NCBI GenBank assembly: GCA_964653365.1
Contig: CAZZER010000004.1
Location: 8,429-72,428, forward strand
Direction: 5' to 3'
From: an uncultured Candidatus Thioglobus sp.
Lineage (GTDB): Bacteria > Pseudomonadota > Gammaproteobacteria > PS1 > Pseudothioglobaceae
DNA: 64,000 nt
This document shows, in pieces, positions 46,343 through 57,396 of the stretch. The position numbers were made by a program, and so were the translations under genes. The first letter of the stretch is position 1. Every line of letters begins with the position of its first letter. Under the pieces are notes generated by a model that saw only the letters and a list, made by a program, of their open reading frames with translations, ran no database searches and was not told where the DNA came from.

Positions 46343-47605
46343 ATGCTTAGAACCGTTATGCTTGCAACTTGGCCCTTGTTTTTGGGCGTTTTGTTTATCA
46401 GCCTTGGTAACGGGCTACAAGGTACGCTTAGTAGCTGGCGAGCTGAATCCGAAGGTTTTGCAGTTCTCACCATTGGTTGGGTTATGTCGGGCTATTTTAT
46501 TGGCGCTCTAACCAGTGCACTTGTGTCGCCAAAACAAATAAATAAAACTGGCCATATCCGTACTTATGCTGCATTTGCCTCAATCGCTTCAACAGCAATT
46601 TTGTTGCAAATCATTTTTATTGAACCACCAGTTTGGTTTATCGCGCGATTGTTATCGGGTTTTTGTGTCGCAGGAATAATGATTATTGTTGAAGGCTGGC
46701 TTAACGCTATATCCAACAACCAAAATAGAGGGCAGATATTCTCTATCCATATGGTGGTTGTTTGGGGTGGTCTTGCTCTAGGACAAGGTTTGTTTGTGGT
46801 TGATGATCCATCTGGTGTTAATTTGTTTTTATTAGCCTCTATCTTGCTTTCAGTCTCGTTAATTCCCATACTTTTGACAAAAATAGAATCGCCTGTTATT
46901 GAAGATCAAGAGTCACTTGGTGTTATAGCTTTATGGAAAGCATCTCCTTCTGGCATGGCAACTTTTGGTATCTCAGGCCTTGCTTCCGCGGCATTTTTTG
47001 GTTTAGGCACGATTTACGCCATTAAAAAAGGCCTGAACATTCCAGAAACAGCACTTTTTATGACTCTTTTTGTGGGTTTTGGTGCTGCATTCCAGTGGCC
47101 CCTCGGTTGGCTTTCCGATAAAATTGACCGCAGAAAGGTGATTATTCTATGCTGTGCAAGTGTGGTTGCAATATGCTTGGTGCTTCATTTTGTTGATTTT
47201 TCAACCCCTGTCTTTTTGGTGTTTAGTGGCTTAATAGGTGGTTGCACTTTGCCTTTGTATGCTTTAGGTGTTGCACAATCCAATGACCGACTAGAACCTA
47301 AGCAAATGGTTAGTGCTAGTGGCACCATTGTTCTTGTATATGGCTCTTTTGCAGCACTTGGCCCTTTTACAATGAGTTTCTTTCTTGATGTCTTTGATGC
47401 AACGGGATTTTTACTCTACTTGGGTCTTATCCATTTAGCCATTGCCCTCATTGTTCTGTTTATGATGTTTATTCATGAGGATGTTGAAGAGGCTGAACAA
47501 GCACACTTCCAAGTTATGGCGCACAGGCCAACGGCTGTTGCTATGGAGGTTATTGCTGAAGAAGCAATCGAATCTGCTGATACAGAAGAGGGTGACAGCG
47601 TTTAG
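46343..47605 (+). CDS. MFS transporter
   Basis: 420 aa, about 12 hydrophobic helices, acidic C-terminal tail. Confidence 0.7.
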   Translation: MLRTVMLATWPLFLGVLFISLGNGLQGTLSSWRAESEGFAVLTIGWVMSGYFIGALTSALVSPKQINKTGHIRTYAAFASIASTAILLQIIFIEPPVWFIARLLSGFCVAGIMIIVEGWLNAISNNQNRGQIFSIHMVVVWGGLALGQGLFVVDDPSGVNLFLLASILLSVSLIPILLTKIESPVIEDQESLGVIALWKASPSGMATFGISGLASAAFFGLGTIYAIKKGLNIPETALFMTLFVGFGAAFQWPLGWLSDKIDRRKVIILCCASVVAICLVLHFVDFSTPVFLVFSGLIGGCTLPLYALGVAQSNDRLEPKQMVSASGTIVLVYGSFAALGPFTMSFFLDVFDATGFLLYLGLIHLAIALIVLFMMFIHEDVEEAEQAHFQVMAHRPTAVAMEVIAEEAIESADTEEGDSV

Positions 47606-47612
47606 CTAATAT

Positions 47613-48227
47613 TTAAACGCTTGCCGGATTGTCTACGTCGTGACCCAGATCCTTAAGATCTTGATAACGATCACCGATACGATGGTGAGGCCTCCCGCCG
47701 ATTGAAGCGCCTAGAGCAATAACAATCTCATCATCTGCTGGTGCATCAGGAATTGCCAGCTGAATGGTTAAATAGTGCGATCGACGACCGGCATCGTTTT
47801 TATCCATCAGTGGGATTAAAATTGGTGCATTGGCGCCAGCACGAGTATTGCAAAATGACAAATACGATTTTGCACCAACTGCTTCCCGGTAAAAATTGCC
47901 AAAACGTAATGTGTGAATAAGTGCAGAAGCATGCTCAACCTCACCACGCAAACCAACAACGGCGGATTTGCCATAACCCTCAATTACTTCTCCAGAGCCT
48001 GCTTCTTTAATTACCATATCAGAAAGCATTTTTCCTAAACCAGGGGCAACGTCGTGAATACCGGGCTTTAAATCTTCTACAAAAACATCATTGCCGTCTT
48101 TGGACAACCAAGGGTTCTTAACAACAGCAATGGCTGCAATAAGTGTTAAAGGTGTAGCTGCAACTTTACCGCCTTCGATAAGAGTTTGTTCAACATGAAG
48201 TAGGGTTTTTCGTATTTCTGCTGGCAT
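47613..48227 (-). CDS. Amino-acid-synthesis family protein (AA_synth/DUF1185-like)
   Basis: MPAEIRKTLLHVEQTLIEGGK...IAAIAVVKNPW...GYGKSAVVGLRGEVEHASALIH...RRSHYLTIQLAIPDAP matches my recollection of this family. Confidence 0.6.
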   Translation of the reverse strand: MPAEIRKTLLHVEQTLIEGGKVAATPLTLIAAIAVVKNPWLSKDGNDVFVEDLKPGIHDVAPGLGKMLSDMVIKEAGSGEVIEGYGKSAVVGLRGEVEHASALIHTLRFGNFYREAVGAKSYLSFCNTRAGANAPILIPLMDKNDAGRRSHYLTIQLAIPDAPADDEIVIALGASIGGRPHHRIGDRYQDLKDLGHDVDNPASV

Positions 48228-48335
48228 GATTAATTGGTAATTAAATCGGAATTGGATTATATCAGTGTTGAATGTTTAGATGATAATTTCAAATTCTCAT
48301 ACAACAAGTGAGTTGTGGCCAATAATTTTTTCGAT

Positions 48336-48689
48336 TTAATCTTTTATTGCAGCAATAACTGAGATTTCAACTAGTAAGGCTTCACGTGCCATTGAAGCGC
48401 GTACACACGCTCTCGCTGGTGCAAAACCTTTGGGTACCCAAGCATTCCAAACAGCATTCATGGCGGCAAAATCATCCATTGATTTGAGGTAAATAGTTGC
48501 CGAGAGAAGATGTTCCATGGAGCTGTTATAGGTGTTGAGCAAACCTTCAACCTTATCCAGCATGCTCTGAGTTTGCCCACTAATGTCAGCGTTAGGGTCT
48601 TCAGCGACCTGCCCTGTAAGGTACAAGGTGTGGTTATGGATAACTGCACGACTCGAGCGGTCGTTAGTTTCGAATCTAGATATTTTCAT
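48336..48689 (-). CDS. RidA/YjgF-family protein
   Basis: 117 aa with a YjgF-like pattern (LYLTGQV..., ...ARACV.A.....LVEI). Lies downstream of dadA-alr. Confidence 0.7.
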   Translation of the reverse strand: MKISRFETNDRSSRAVIHNHTLYLTGQVAEDPNADISGQTQSMLDKVEGLLNTYNSSMEHLLSATIYLKSMDDFAAMNAVWNAWVPKGFAPARACVRASMAREALLVEISVIAAIKD

Positions 48690-48697
48690 AGTGATTA

Positions 48698-49777
48698 TTA
48701 TTTAAGGTAATTTTTATAAACTCGCTTGGTGATTTTTGTAAGAATTTCATAAGATATGGTGTTTGAAAATTCTGCAACTTCATTGATGGTAATATTTTCA
48801 CCAAACATCTCAACACGATCGCCTATTTTCGCATTGGGTACATGGGTTAGATCAATCGTTGTCATATCCATTGAGACTCTACCGACTACTCTTGACCTGG
48901 TGTTGTTAATATAAACCGGGGTGCCGTCTTTAGCGTGGCGTGAGTAACCATCAGCGTATCCTACTGCAACCACGCCAATTTTCATATCTTGCTCACAAAT
49001 AAAACGTGATCCATAACCAATGCCTTGGCCTTTTTTAAAATCTTTAATTGAAATTAACACCGAAGAAAGTGTCATGGCAGGAGTAAGATTTTTTTGATAT
49101 CTAGCCTCAATGAATGGGGATGCGCCGTAGAGCATAATGCCAGGGCGATTATATTGTTTATGAGAGTTTCGCCAAGCAACAATCCCAGCAGAATTGGCTA
49201 TTGAAGAAGGATGACCAGACTCTTTAGCGATACGATTAAAGTTGTCGATTTGGTTTTGGGTAAAAATATCGTATGGTTCGTCCGCTTTTGAGAAGTGAGT
49301 CATCAAAACAATGTCAGCAACATTGTTGCTTTTCTCCAAAGCATTTAGGGCAAGTTTAAAGCCACTTTCATGAAAACCGAGACGACACATACCAGAATCG
49401 TATTTTAGAAATACAGTAATTGATTCTTTGAGTGATGCATTTAAAACCCATTGAAGCTGTAGGTCGCTACTTACAACAACCATCAGGTTGTGTTTTTCTA
49501 CCAATGCAAGCTCTGATTCTTCAAAAACACCCTCCAAGAGAAGGATGGGCTTTTGTTGAATGCCAGCTCCTCTTAATTCAATAGCTTCCTCTATGCATGC
49601 TACTCCATAGGCGTCAGCAACATCTTCAAGGTAGGATGCGACTTCTATTGCTCCATGTCCATACGCATTGGCTTTGACAATAGCTATAGCTTTAGAGTTG
49701 GGTGCTATTTTTTTTGCATACAAGTAGTTGCTTTTAACCGCCTGTAAGTTGATAGTTGCAATGCATGCCCTGGACAT
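48698..49777 (-). CDS. alr: Alanine racemase (catabolic, DadX-like by context)
   Basis: PLP-lysine motif AIVKANAYGHG. 359 aa. Confidence 0.9.
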   Translation of the reverse strand: MSRACIATINLQAVKSNYLYAKKIAPNSKAIAIVKANAYGHGAIEVASYLEDVADAYGVACIEEAIELRGAGIQQKPILLLEGVFEESELALVEKHNLMVVVSSDLQLQWVLNASLKESITVFLKYDSGMCRLGFHESGFKLALNALEKSNNVADIVLMTHFSKADEPYDIFTQNQIDNFNRIAKESGHPSSIANSAGIVAWRNSHKQYNRPGIMLYGASPFIEARYQKNLTPAMTLSSVLISIKDFKKGQGIGYGSRFICEQDMKIGVVAVGYADGYSRHAKDGTPVYINNTRSRVVGRVSMDMTTIDLTHVPNAKIGDRVEMFGENITINEVAEFSNTISYEILTKITKRVYKNYLK

Positions 49778-49781
49778 AAAT

Positions 49782-51053
49782 TTAAACCACCTTGTTAGAA
49801 TACGGATACCTAGTCATCTCAAGACCGTCTAGGGGTATAGCAGTTTCGTTATCAGAAACAATATCGGCGATTAATTTACCAGACCCAGTTGACATGGTCC
49901 AACCTAGAGTGCCATGCCCGGTATTTAAAAACAGGTTTCCAATGGGTGTTTTGCCAATAATTGGCGTACCATCAGGCGTCATTGGTCTAAGTCCTGTCCA
50001 AAATTGATCTTCACTCATGTCAGCTGCATGCGGAAACAGGCTTTCTACTGAATGCCTAACTGTTGCTCTAGACTTTTCTCTTAACGACAGATCGAATCCA
50101 GTCAATTCTGCAGTACCTGCGGCTCGAACGTTATCGCCAAGACGCGTAATAGCCACTTTGTAAGTCTCATCCATAACAGTGGATTGCGGGGCATCTTTGT
50201 CACTAATAACAGGCACAGTAATTGAATAACCCTTAACAGGGTAAACAGGGATATCAATACCAACAGGTTTTAGAAATTGAGAAGAATAACTACCCATGGA
50301 TACAACAAACTTATCTGCGTCCATTTCGCCTTGATTTGTGTTAATTGATATGACCTTGCCCTTACTAATGTTTAAACTCACGATTGTTGTATTAAATTCA
50401 AATTTAACACCTAATTCAAGGCACTTTTTTTGAAGTTCGTTGGCAAACTTAAAGCAGTTGCCAGAAGCATCTCCCCTAAATTGCAGCCCTCCGGCAATTT
50501 TGTGTTTCACATGCCTCAAGCCGGGCTCTGCTGATAGACACTCTTCAACATCCAAAGCCTTGTATTCGGTACCAAACTTGTTTAAAACGGCAATGTCTTT
50601 TTTAGTTTCAAGTACTTGCTTAGCAGTTCTTAGAATTTGCACAAAACCTTGTTTTCGCTGTTCATATTGTATACCAGTATCTCTTTCAATTTCACTTAAG
50701 CATTCTCTAGCGTAGTTAGATATTCTAAGCATACGGCCTTTGTTAATATCGTAGCTTTTGTGGTTGCAATTTTTTAGCATTCTATAAGCAAATTTGATCG
50801 TTTCGCTACTCATCATTGGGTTAATGACTAATGGAGAATGTTTACTAAATAACCATTGAATGGCTTTCAGTGGAACTCCTGGAGCAGCCCATGGAGAAGA
50901 GTAGGCAAAGGAAACTTGGCCAGCATTGGCATGGCTCGTTTCAAGTGCGACACTTTTTTGGCGCTCAACAACGCTTACTTGATGGCCTTGTTTAGCCAAA
51001 AAATATGCAGAAGTGGTGCTAATTATGCCTCCACCGAGTATTAATACCTTCAT
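49782..51053 (-). CDS. dadA: D-amino-acid dehydrogenase
   Basis: MKVLILGGGIISTTSAYFLAKQGHQVSVVER...ETSHANAGQVS. 423 aa. Confidence 0.9.
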   Translation of the reverse strand: MKVLILGGGIISTTSAYFLAKQGHQVSVVERQKSVALETSHANAGQVSFAYSSPWAAPGVPLKAIQWLFSKHSPLVINPMMSSETIKFAYRMLKNCNHKSYDINKGRMLRISNYARECLSEIERDTGIQYEQRKQGFVQILRTAKQVLETKKDIAVLNKFGTEYKALDVEECLSAEPGLRHVKHKIAGGLQFRGDASGNCFKFANELQKKCLELGVKFEFNTTIVSLNISKGKVISINTNQGEMDADKFVVSMGSYSSQFLKPVGIDIPVYPVKGYSITVPVISDKDAPQSTVMDETYKVAITRLGDNVRAAGTAELTGFDLSLREKSRATVRHSVESLFPHAADMSEDQFWTGLRPMTPDGTPIIGKTPIGNLFLNTGHGTLGWTMSTGSGKLIADIVSDNETAIPLDGLEMTRYPYSNKVV

Positions 51054-51332
51054 TTATTTTAGGTGTGCAATATCAAAAAAGTTGAATTTTACCATTCACA
51101 GAAATAACATAATTTTACAAATATGGAGCCATATCAGAACATTATCTCTACCAATAATACGAAGAAGAGAATTACTTAGAAGTTATTGAAGTTCAATTAA
51201 TATTTTAAAATATTCGGCCTTACTTTGTATTATGAAAACGATTGTTATATATTGATAAGTTTGTTTGCCTAAATTGTATTATCAGTTTAAAATAATTCAC
51301 TTTCGTTATTCATTTATTAATAGGAGAAGGGT

Positions 51333-52586
51333 ATGTTTGATAAATCTCAAACTTTGTCTGTCGTTGACACTGAAATCGCTGATGCAGTAAATGCTGAAGT
51401 AGGACGTCAAGAAGCACATATTGAATTAATTGCTTCAGAAAATTACACGTCACCTGCTGTCATGGAGGCTCAAGGTTCACAATTGACTAATAAGTATGCT
51501 GAAGGTTATCCATACAAACGCTACTACGGTGGCTGTGAGCATGTAGATGTTGTTGAGCAATTAGCCATTGATCGTGCAAAAGAATTGTTTGGCGCTGATT
51601 ACGCCAACGTTCAACCACATTCAGGCTCTCAAGCCAACGCTGCAGTTTTTCAAGCGCTTTTGGTTCCAGGCGATACAATTCTTGGCATGAGTTTAGCTCA
51701 CGGTGGTCATTTGACACACGGTGCGGCACCCTCATTTTCTGGTAAAAACTTTAATGCAATTCAATATGGTTTAAAGCCTGAAACTGGTGAAATTGACTAC
51801 GATGAAGTTGAACGTTTAGCTAATGAACACAAACCCAAAATGATTATTGCTGGTTTCTCAGCATACTCTCGTGTAATTGATTGGAATCGCTTTAGAGAAA
51901 TTGCTGATGCAGTTGGCGCTTACCTATTTGTTGATATGGCACACGTTGCAGGTTTAATTGCAACTGGACTTTACCCTTCACCAATGGCTATTGCTGATGT
52001 TGTTACAACAACAACGCACAAAACATTAAGAGGCCCAAGAGGTGGTTTGATTCTTGCCAGAGCCAACGAAGAGATTGAGAAAAAACTAAATGCAGCGATT
52101 TTCCCGGGCATCCAAGGTGGGCCGTTAATGCACATTATTGCTGCTAAAGCAGTTGCTTTCAAAGAAGCCCTAGGCGAAGAGTTTAAAGCTTATCAACAGC
52201 AGGTAGTTGTAAATGCTCAAGCAATGGCTGAGACATTTATCTCTCGTGGTTATGATGTTGTTTCAGGTGGTACAGATGACCACTTATTCTTAGTTAGCTT
52301 TATTTCACAAGGCCTAACAGGTAAGGCGGTTGACGCCGCTCTAGATTCGGCCCACATTACTGTTAATAAGAATGCTGTACCAAACGATCCGCAATCACCA
52401 TTTGTGACGAGCGGGATTCGTGTGGGTACACCAGCCGCGACAACAAGAGGTTTTGGCGAATCTGATTGCCGTGACCTAGCTACTTGGATTTGTGACATTT
52501 GTGATGATATTGAAAACCCTGCAGTAATTGACGAGGTTAGAGTAAAGGTTGAAGCGCTTTGTGCACAACATCCAGTTTATAAGTAA
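51333..52586 (+). CDS. glyA: Serine hydroxymethyltransferase
   Basis: [19 protein letters not shown] and [14 protein letters not shown]. Confidence 0.95.
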   Translation: MFDKSQTLSVVDTEIADAVNAEVGRQEAHIELIASENYTSPAVMEAQGSQLTNKYAEGYPYKRYYGGCEHVDVVEQLAIDRAKELFGADYANVQPHSGSQANAAVFQALLVPGDTILGMSLAHGGHLTHGAAPSFSGKNFNAIQYGLKPETGEIDYDEVERLANEHKPKMIIAGFSAYSRVIDWNRFREIADAVGAYLFVDMAHVAGLIATGLYPSPMAIADVVTTTTHKTLRGPRGGLILARANEEIEKKLNAAIFPGIQGGPLMHIIAAKAVAFKEALGEEFKAYQQQVVVNAQAMAETFISRGYDVVSGGTDDHLFLVSFISQGLTGKAVDAALDSAHITVNKNAVPNDPQSPFVTSGIRVGTPAATTRGFGESDCRDLATWICDICDDIENPAVIDEVRVKVEALCAQHPVYK

Positions 52587-52600
52587 TAATCTCGCTTAAA

Positions 52601-53053
52601 ATGCGCTGTCCATTTTGTCAATCTGATGATACAAAAGTACTGGACACGCGACTTCTCGACGATGGTTCACAAGTGCGTCGTCGTCGGGAATGCCTCTCTT
52701 GTGGAGAGAGGCACTCTACCCGTGAAACAATCGACTTAAATCTACCACGATTAATTAAAAGCGATGATTCAAGACAGTCATTCAGTGAAGAAAAACTTCG
52801 TTCTGGCTTACTCAAAGCCTTAGAAAAAAGACCGGTTGAAACAGCAAAAATCGAAACAGCCATCCAAAGGATTGAACGACGCTTGATGGCACAAAATGAT
52901 CGTGAAGTTCATTCTTCTAAAGTAGGCGAATGGGTAATGGAGGAGTTGCAAGCCCTTGATGAAGTTGCTTATATTCGTTTTGCTTCTGTTTATCGCCAAT
53001 TTCAAGACATTGAAGCCTTTAAAAGCGAAATAGATAAATTGATGAAAAAGTAA
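52601..53053 (+). CDS. nrdR: Transcriptional repressor NrdR
   Basis: MRCPFCQSDDTKVLDTR...RRRECLSCGERHST (zinc ribbon) plus an ATP-cone. Confidence 0.95.
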   Translation: MRCPFCQSDDTKVLDTRLLDDGSQVRRRRECLSCGERHSTRETIDLNLPRLIKSDDSRQSFSEEKLRSGLLKALEKRPVETAKIETAIQRIERRLMAQNDREVHSSKVGEWVMEELQALDEVAYIRFASVYRQFQDIEAFKSEIDKLMKK

Positions 53054-53164
53054 CCTTTAACTTTACCAGATAGGCATAATGCCTTGATATGCATCTTTCT
53101 TTCGCTCACACTAAAAAACACTCCGAAAATACTCAGTCTTTAGGCAGTATTTATTCTTTAAATC

Positions 53165-54526
53165 ATGGCTAAAACAAAAGTAGAATATGTGTGTGCTAAC
53201 TGTGGCGCAAGCCATTATCAATGGGTGGGGCAATGCCTAGAATGCAAAGAATGGAATACTTTAGAAGAGGTGTTTGTAACACCTACTAAAGCTGCCAAAT
53301 CTGAGGCTTTAAGGGACTTACCCGCTTCAAAAGTGCAAATGCTTAATGAAGTAAGTGCACAATCTAACAGAAGGCTATCAACCGGACTCAGCGAACTTGA
53401 TCGAACTTTGGGTGGCGGCCTAGTCGAAGGATCTGTTGTCTTAATTGGCGGCGACCCAGGTATTGGAAAATCAACTCTCATTTTACAAGCCCTTGCTTTT
53501 ATCAACACTAGCGAAAATACTCTATACATCAGTGGTGAAGAATCTGCCCAGCAAATAAGTGAACGAGCTCACCGACTCGCTATTGATTCAGATGTTCAAT
53601 TGCTGAGTGAAACCTACCTTGAAAAAATACTTAAAACGGCAAAAAATCTGAATCCAAAAGTCATTGTTATTGACTCCATTCAAACTCTGGTGAGCGATAG
53701 CTCAACTTCAGCACCTGGCTCGGTAACCCAAGTTAGAGATTGCGCAGCACAGCTGACTCAATTTGCAAAACAAACCAATACCATCATGCTTATGATCGGG
53801 CATGTGACAAAGGGTGGTGCATTAGCAGGACCTAGAATATTGGAGCATATGGTTGACACCGTGCTTTACTTTGAGGGCGATGCCGGTGGTCGTTACCGAG
53901 TCATTAGGGCGGTGAAAAATCGCTTTGGTGCAGTAAATGAAATCAGTGTTTTTGCAATGAGTGAAAAAGGCCTGCAACAAATCACTAATCCTTCGGCTAT
54001 TTTTCTTTCAAATGAAAACCTATCCTCACCTGGTTCAATGGTGATGGTCACCAGGGAAGCAACTAGGCCAATACTAATTGAGGTGCAAGCTCTTGTTGAC
54101 CAGTCTAATGGCGCACCAAAACGAGTGAGTGTTGGCATGGACCAAAATCGCCTTGCCTTGCAATTAGCCATTCTGCACAAACATGGAGGTATTGCAACTT
54201 TTGATCAGGATGTTTTTATCAATGTTGTGGGCGGCATTAAGGTTAGTGAAACAGCCTCTGATTTGGTGGTGATGTTAGCTATTGTCTCCAGTCTTCGTAA
54301 TAGGGTAATCCCTAAAGATTGGCTTGCTTTTGGTGAAGTTGGACTGGCCGGAGAAGTCAGACCAGTGTATAACGCACAAGAGAGACTTTCAGAGGCTCAA
54401 AAACAAGGCTTTAAACTGGCTATTGTACCCAAAGCAAATGCACCAAAAAAACCGTTAAAAGGGATGAAAATCGTAGCTATAGACCGCCTATCTGAGGCGC
54501 TAGATTACTTAGCAGAGCATATTTAG
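53165..54526 (+). CDS. radA: DNA repair protein RadA
   Basis: Zinc finger YVCANCGASHYQWVGQCLECKEWNT, Walker A GGDPGIGKST, KNRFG motif, Lon-like C-terminus. Confidence 0.95.
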   Translation: MAKTKVEYVCANCGASHYQWVGQCLECKEWNTLEEVFVTPTKAAKSEALRDLPASKVQMLNEVSAQSNRRLSTGLSELDRTLGGGLVEGSVVLIGGDPGIGKSTLILQALAFINTSENTLYISGEESAQQISERAHRLAIDSDVQLLSETYLEKILKTAKNLNPKVIVIDSIQTLVSDSSTSAPGSVTQVRDCAAQLTQFAKQTNTIMLMIGHVTKGGALAGPRILEHMVDTVLYFEGDAGGRYRVIRAVKNRFGAVNEISVFAMSEKGLQQITNPSAIFLSNENLSSPGSMVMVTREATRPILIEVQALVDQSNGAPKRVSVGMDQNRLALQLAILHKHGGIATFDQDVFINVVGGIKVSETASDLVVMLAIVSSLRNRVIPKDWLAFGEVGLAGEVRPVYNAQERLSEAQKQGFKLAIVPKANAPKKPLKGMKIVAIDRLSEALDYLAEHI

Positions 54527-54552
54527 TGTTCAGAGAAGTTGTGTTGTTCGAG

Positions 54553-55143
54553 TCAATAATCAATGCCTTTTTGTGCTCTGATATTGTCTCTAAAAGCGTG
54601 CTTAACGTCTTTGATGTCGCTAACAGTATCAGAAATATCAATTAAACTCTGGCTTGCAGCCCTACCAGTGATAACAACATGTTGTTTTTCTGGACGTTTC
54701 TTAAGTGCCAAAAGAATATCGTCTTCGTCAAGATAGCCGTAGTTAATCATATAGGTAAGCTCATCAAACACAACTAAGTTCGTATCTTTATCTTCTAAAA
54801 AGGCCTTGCCTTTTTCCCAAGTTGAGCGAGCCTTTTCGGTGTCCAATTCCTTGTCTTGAGTGTCCCAAGTGAAGCCACTCTCCATCAAGGCTGTGGAAAT
54901 ATTTGGGTGGTTATTAAGAAACAAATCTTCGCCCGTATCTTGCACACCTTTTAAAAAGCGTACCAGGCCTACTTTTAGATCATAGCCCAAGGCCCTACAA
55001 ATCATACCCATAGCTGATGAGGATTTACCTTTGCCATTTCCCGTTAATAAAACAATAATACCTTTGTCAATATTGGCAGCATCTATCCTAGAATCAATAT
55101 AGGCTTTCTTCTTCTGCATGCGTTTTTTGTATGAGCTATCCAT
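54553..55143 (-). CDS. btuR: Cob(I)yrinic acid a,c-diamide / cobalamin adenosyltransferase
   Basis: GIIVLLTGNGKGKSSSAMG...VVFDELTY...VITGR. Confidence 0.85.
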   Translation of the reverse strand: MDSSYKKRMQKKKAYIDSRIDAANIDKGIIVLLTGNGKGKSSSAMGMICRALGYDLKVGLVRFLKGVQDTGEDLFLNNHPNISTALMESGFTWDTQDKELDTEKARSTWEKGKAFLEDKDTNLVVFDELTYMINYGYLDEDDILLALKKRPEKQHVVITGRAASQSLIDISDTVSDIKDVKHAFRDNIRAQKGIDY

Positions 55144-55321
55144 GGTAATTATTATAGAGATTAATTGTTTGGCTTGCTCCTTGAGAAGGTGTATATGTCA
55201 ACATGCTCAAACTCCTGATTGACAGTCGTAAAAAGCCTATTAAGTTGATGTACAAATCTTGTTGGAGCAGTTGCAAGGCAAGGGGCTGTCCTTGCCGCCA
55301 CTCCAAGACAATAATGTTTTT

Positions 55322-57079
55322 TTAGAAGTTATAGATAGTGCCCAATGTTATTGTGCGACCCAAATTGTTATAACCTTTAGCCATTTCATAATCTTTATCC
55401 AGAGCATTATTAATGTTAAGAGAAATACTCATATAGTTATTGTAATGGTAACGAGTCGATAAATTTAAGAGACCATAACCACCCAACTTTACATTGTCTG
55501 TATGCGCATCTTTATCCCATGCCCATGACTTGGCACTTAAGTTGACTTTATGGTCAAAATTGTCAGTGCTTTTGGTCAAAGTTAAGTTAATAAAATGGTT
55601 TGGTCTTCTACCTTTTTGCAAACCTGTAGATTTCGCAACCGCTGTATTGTAATCGTAGCTGGAGTTAACATCCCAACCTGCCAGATGAGTATTAACAGCC
55701 AATTCAGCCCCCTTAATATCCACAGTGCCTTCATTAATATAATGATCATCAACACTCCATGTGCCTGAATATTTAAAGGCATTGCTTAATTTGCTTTTGT
55801 AAATCTTTGTGTCAATGTTTCCCCAGTCGTATTGCTTATTTGCACCAATTTCAAAGGTAATGGAATGTTCAGGTTTAAGGTTGGTCTTGTTACGAGTGAT
55901 ATTCAAATTATTTTGATAGTGACTTGGTAAATTCGTTGCTTTACCAAAGGCAGCGTTTACCCTGGTGTTGGCCGAATAATTTTTGGCCCAGTTTAGGTTA
56001 TAGGTGGTATGGGTGCTAAACTTATCATGGTCCACCAATCTAACGCCAAATGACAACTCATTGTCACCAACATTGCCTTGCCACTGGGTAAATAGGTCTG
56101 TGTGCTTTATTTGTTTACTGTTGTCAACATCTTTGTCAATAACGTCAGAAAAACCAATTGAAAGCTTGGCATTTTCAAGTGATAACTCGTTTATAAGAGT
56201 GAGTGTATTTAGCTTGTATTTATCACCTCTACGTTGTGTTTTTTGACGCATAACATCAAGCCTTGTGTTTAGCTTTTCACTAAATTGATGTGTTGTTTCT
56301 AAATTAAATTGCGTAAGATTGTTATCGGGTTTTGGCGTACTCCAAGAATCATCATATTCAATATCAGCCTCAGTTTTTAAAACATTCAGCTTAACATGAG
56401 TTTTATCGGTGATAACCGTGCCAAAATTTACGCTACTTGAAGTTCTATCGACCGGGTCTAAATCACCATTACCGGTAGCGTCAATACCATCAGTATGATA
56501 ATCACTCATTGATAAATTAAGGTAATTTTCGCCACTCTTAAAATGGGAGGCAAGACTGACTTTTTTACTGTTATGCGTGCCGTAAGACAATTTAATTGTG
56601 CTTTGTTTTTCTTTTGTTGATTCTTTATTGGTAAATACGTGAATCACACCGCCAATTGCTCCGGGACCATAAAGTGACGAAAAAGGTCCTTTAGAAATTT
56701 CAATACGTTCAATTTGATCGAGCGGCACAACGTCAAAGTTGGGTTGTGTCGCAGTGATTGAAACCACACTTCCATCAACCAATAATAAAGTATGGCTCGC
56801 TTCATTGCCTCGAATACGCAGCGCCCCTAAATTTCCTTGTCCACCTTCAAAGGTGACAGATGGAACAGTAGCCAACAACTCTGTAAAAGTATTTACGCCA
56901 GTTTGTTGAATTTCACCTTTTGTCATTTTGATGGTTGAAGCAATGGAACCAATAACTGGGGAGGCTGTCCTATACTCGGTGTTTAAATAAATGGGTATTG
57001 GGCCCAATACCGCATTGGCGGTTGTAGCAAAAGCAAGAATTGAGGTTGCAGTAACCAGGGCAATTTTATTAAGATTCAT
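55322..57079 (-). CDS. btuB: TonB-dependent outer-membrane receptor, cobalamin receptor by riboswitch context
   Basis: 585 aa. Signal peptide, plug and beta-barrel pattern, and the C-terminal ...GRTITLGTIYNF. Preceded by a cobalamin riboswitch. Confidence 0.75.
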   Translation of the reverse strand: MNLNKIALVTATSILAFATTANAVLGPIPIYLNTEYRTASPVIGSIASTIKMTKGEIQQTGVNTFTELLATVPSVTFEGGQGNLGALRIRGNEASHTLLLVDGSVVSITATQPNFDVVPLDQIERIEISKGPFSSLYGPGAIGGVIHVFTNKESTKEKQSTIKLSYGTHNSKKVSLASHFKSGENYLNLSMSDYHTDGIDATGNGDLDPVDRTSSSVNFGTVITDKTHVKLNVLKTEADIEYDDSWSTPKPDNNLTQFNLETTHQFSEKLNTRLDVMRQKTQRRGDKYKLNTLTLINELSLENAKLSIGFSDVIDKDVDNSKQIKHTDLFTQWQGNVGDNELSFGVRLVDHDKFSTHTTYNLNWAKNYSANTRVNAAFGKATNLPSHYQNNLNITRNKTNLKPEHSITFEIGANKQYDWGNIDTKIYKSKLSNAFKYSGTWSVDDHYINEGTVDIKGAELAVNTHLAGWDVNSSYDYNTAVAKSTGLQKGRRPNHFINLTLTKSTDNFDHKVNLSAKSWAWDKDAHTDNVKLGGYGLLNLSTRYHYNNYMSISLNINNALDKDYEMAKGYNNLGRTITLGTIYNF

Positions 57080-57099
57080 GGCAGCTCCTAAGAAAAAGT

Positions 57100-57262
57100 A
57101 AATGAGCTAAAGGAAAGCGAATCAAGAGGATAAGACGCCTTACTTACCACCCATCGTAGTTAGTAAAAAAGTTGATTGAATATGTCTCGGGCTAATCTTT
57201 AAAAGAAATACCGTTGCGAGGGCAGCGTTGGATTTTAACCAACTTCCAGAGATTCAAAAATC
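57100..57262 (-). promoter_or_regulatory. Cobalamin riboswitch in the btuB leader (boundaries approximate)
   Basis: On the minus strand, CTGGAAGTTGGTTAAAATCCAACGCTGCCCTCGCAACGGTA (57250-57210) matches the conserved GGAA..GGT.AAA.TCC...GCTG.C.CGCA.CGGTA core. AGCCCGAGACAT (57193-57182) matches the B12 box AGCCCGAAGACC of E. coli btuB. A TATAAT lies just upstream. Confidence 0.8.
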
Positions 57263-57396
57263 GCGTTATTATACTGATGATTCTAGTTCCTGTTAAGCGA
57301 AACAAATCGATGGTATTGATTAAGAAATACAATACTCAAAGTAATAGATACGCTTGGGTAAAATTAACGCCATAAAAATTTACAACATATCACCTC

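Noticed and set aside
55262-55306. Inverted repeat (ttggag...ggcaagg/ccttgcc...ctccaa) after btuB as an intrinsic terminator
   Set aside because: No U-run follows the hairpin in the btuB (minus) orientation, and btuR probably continues the transcript. It is left unannotated.
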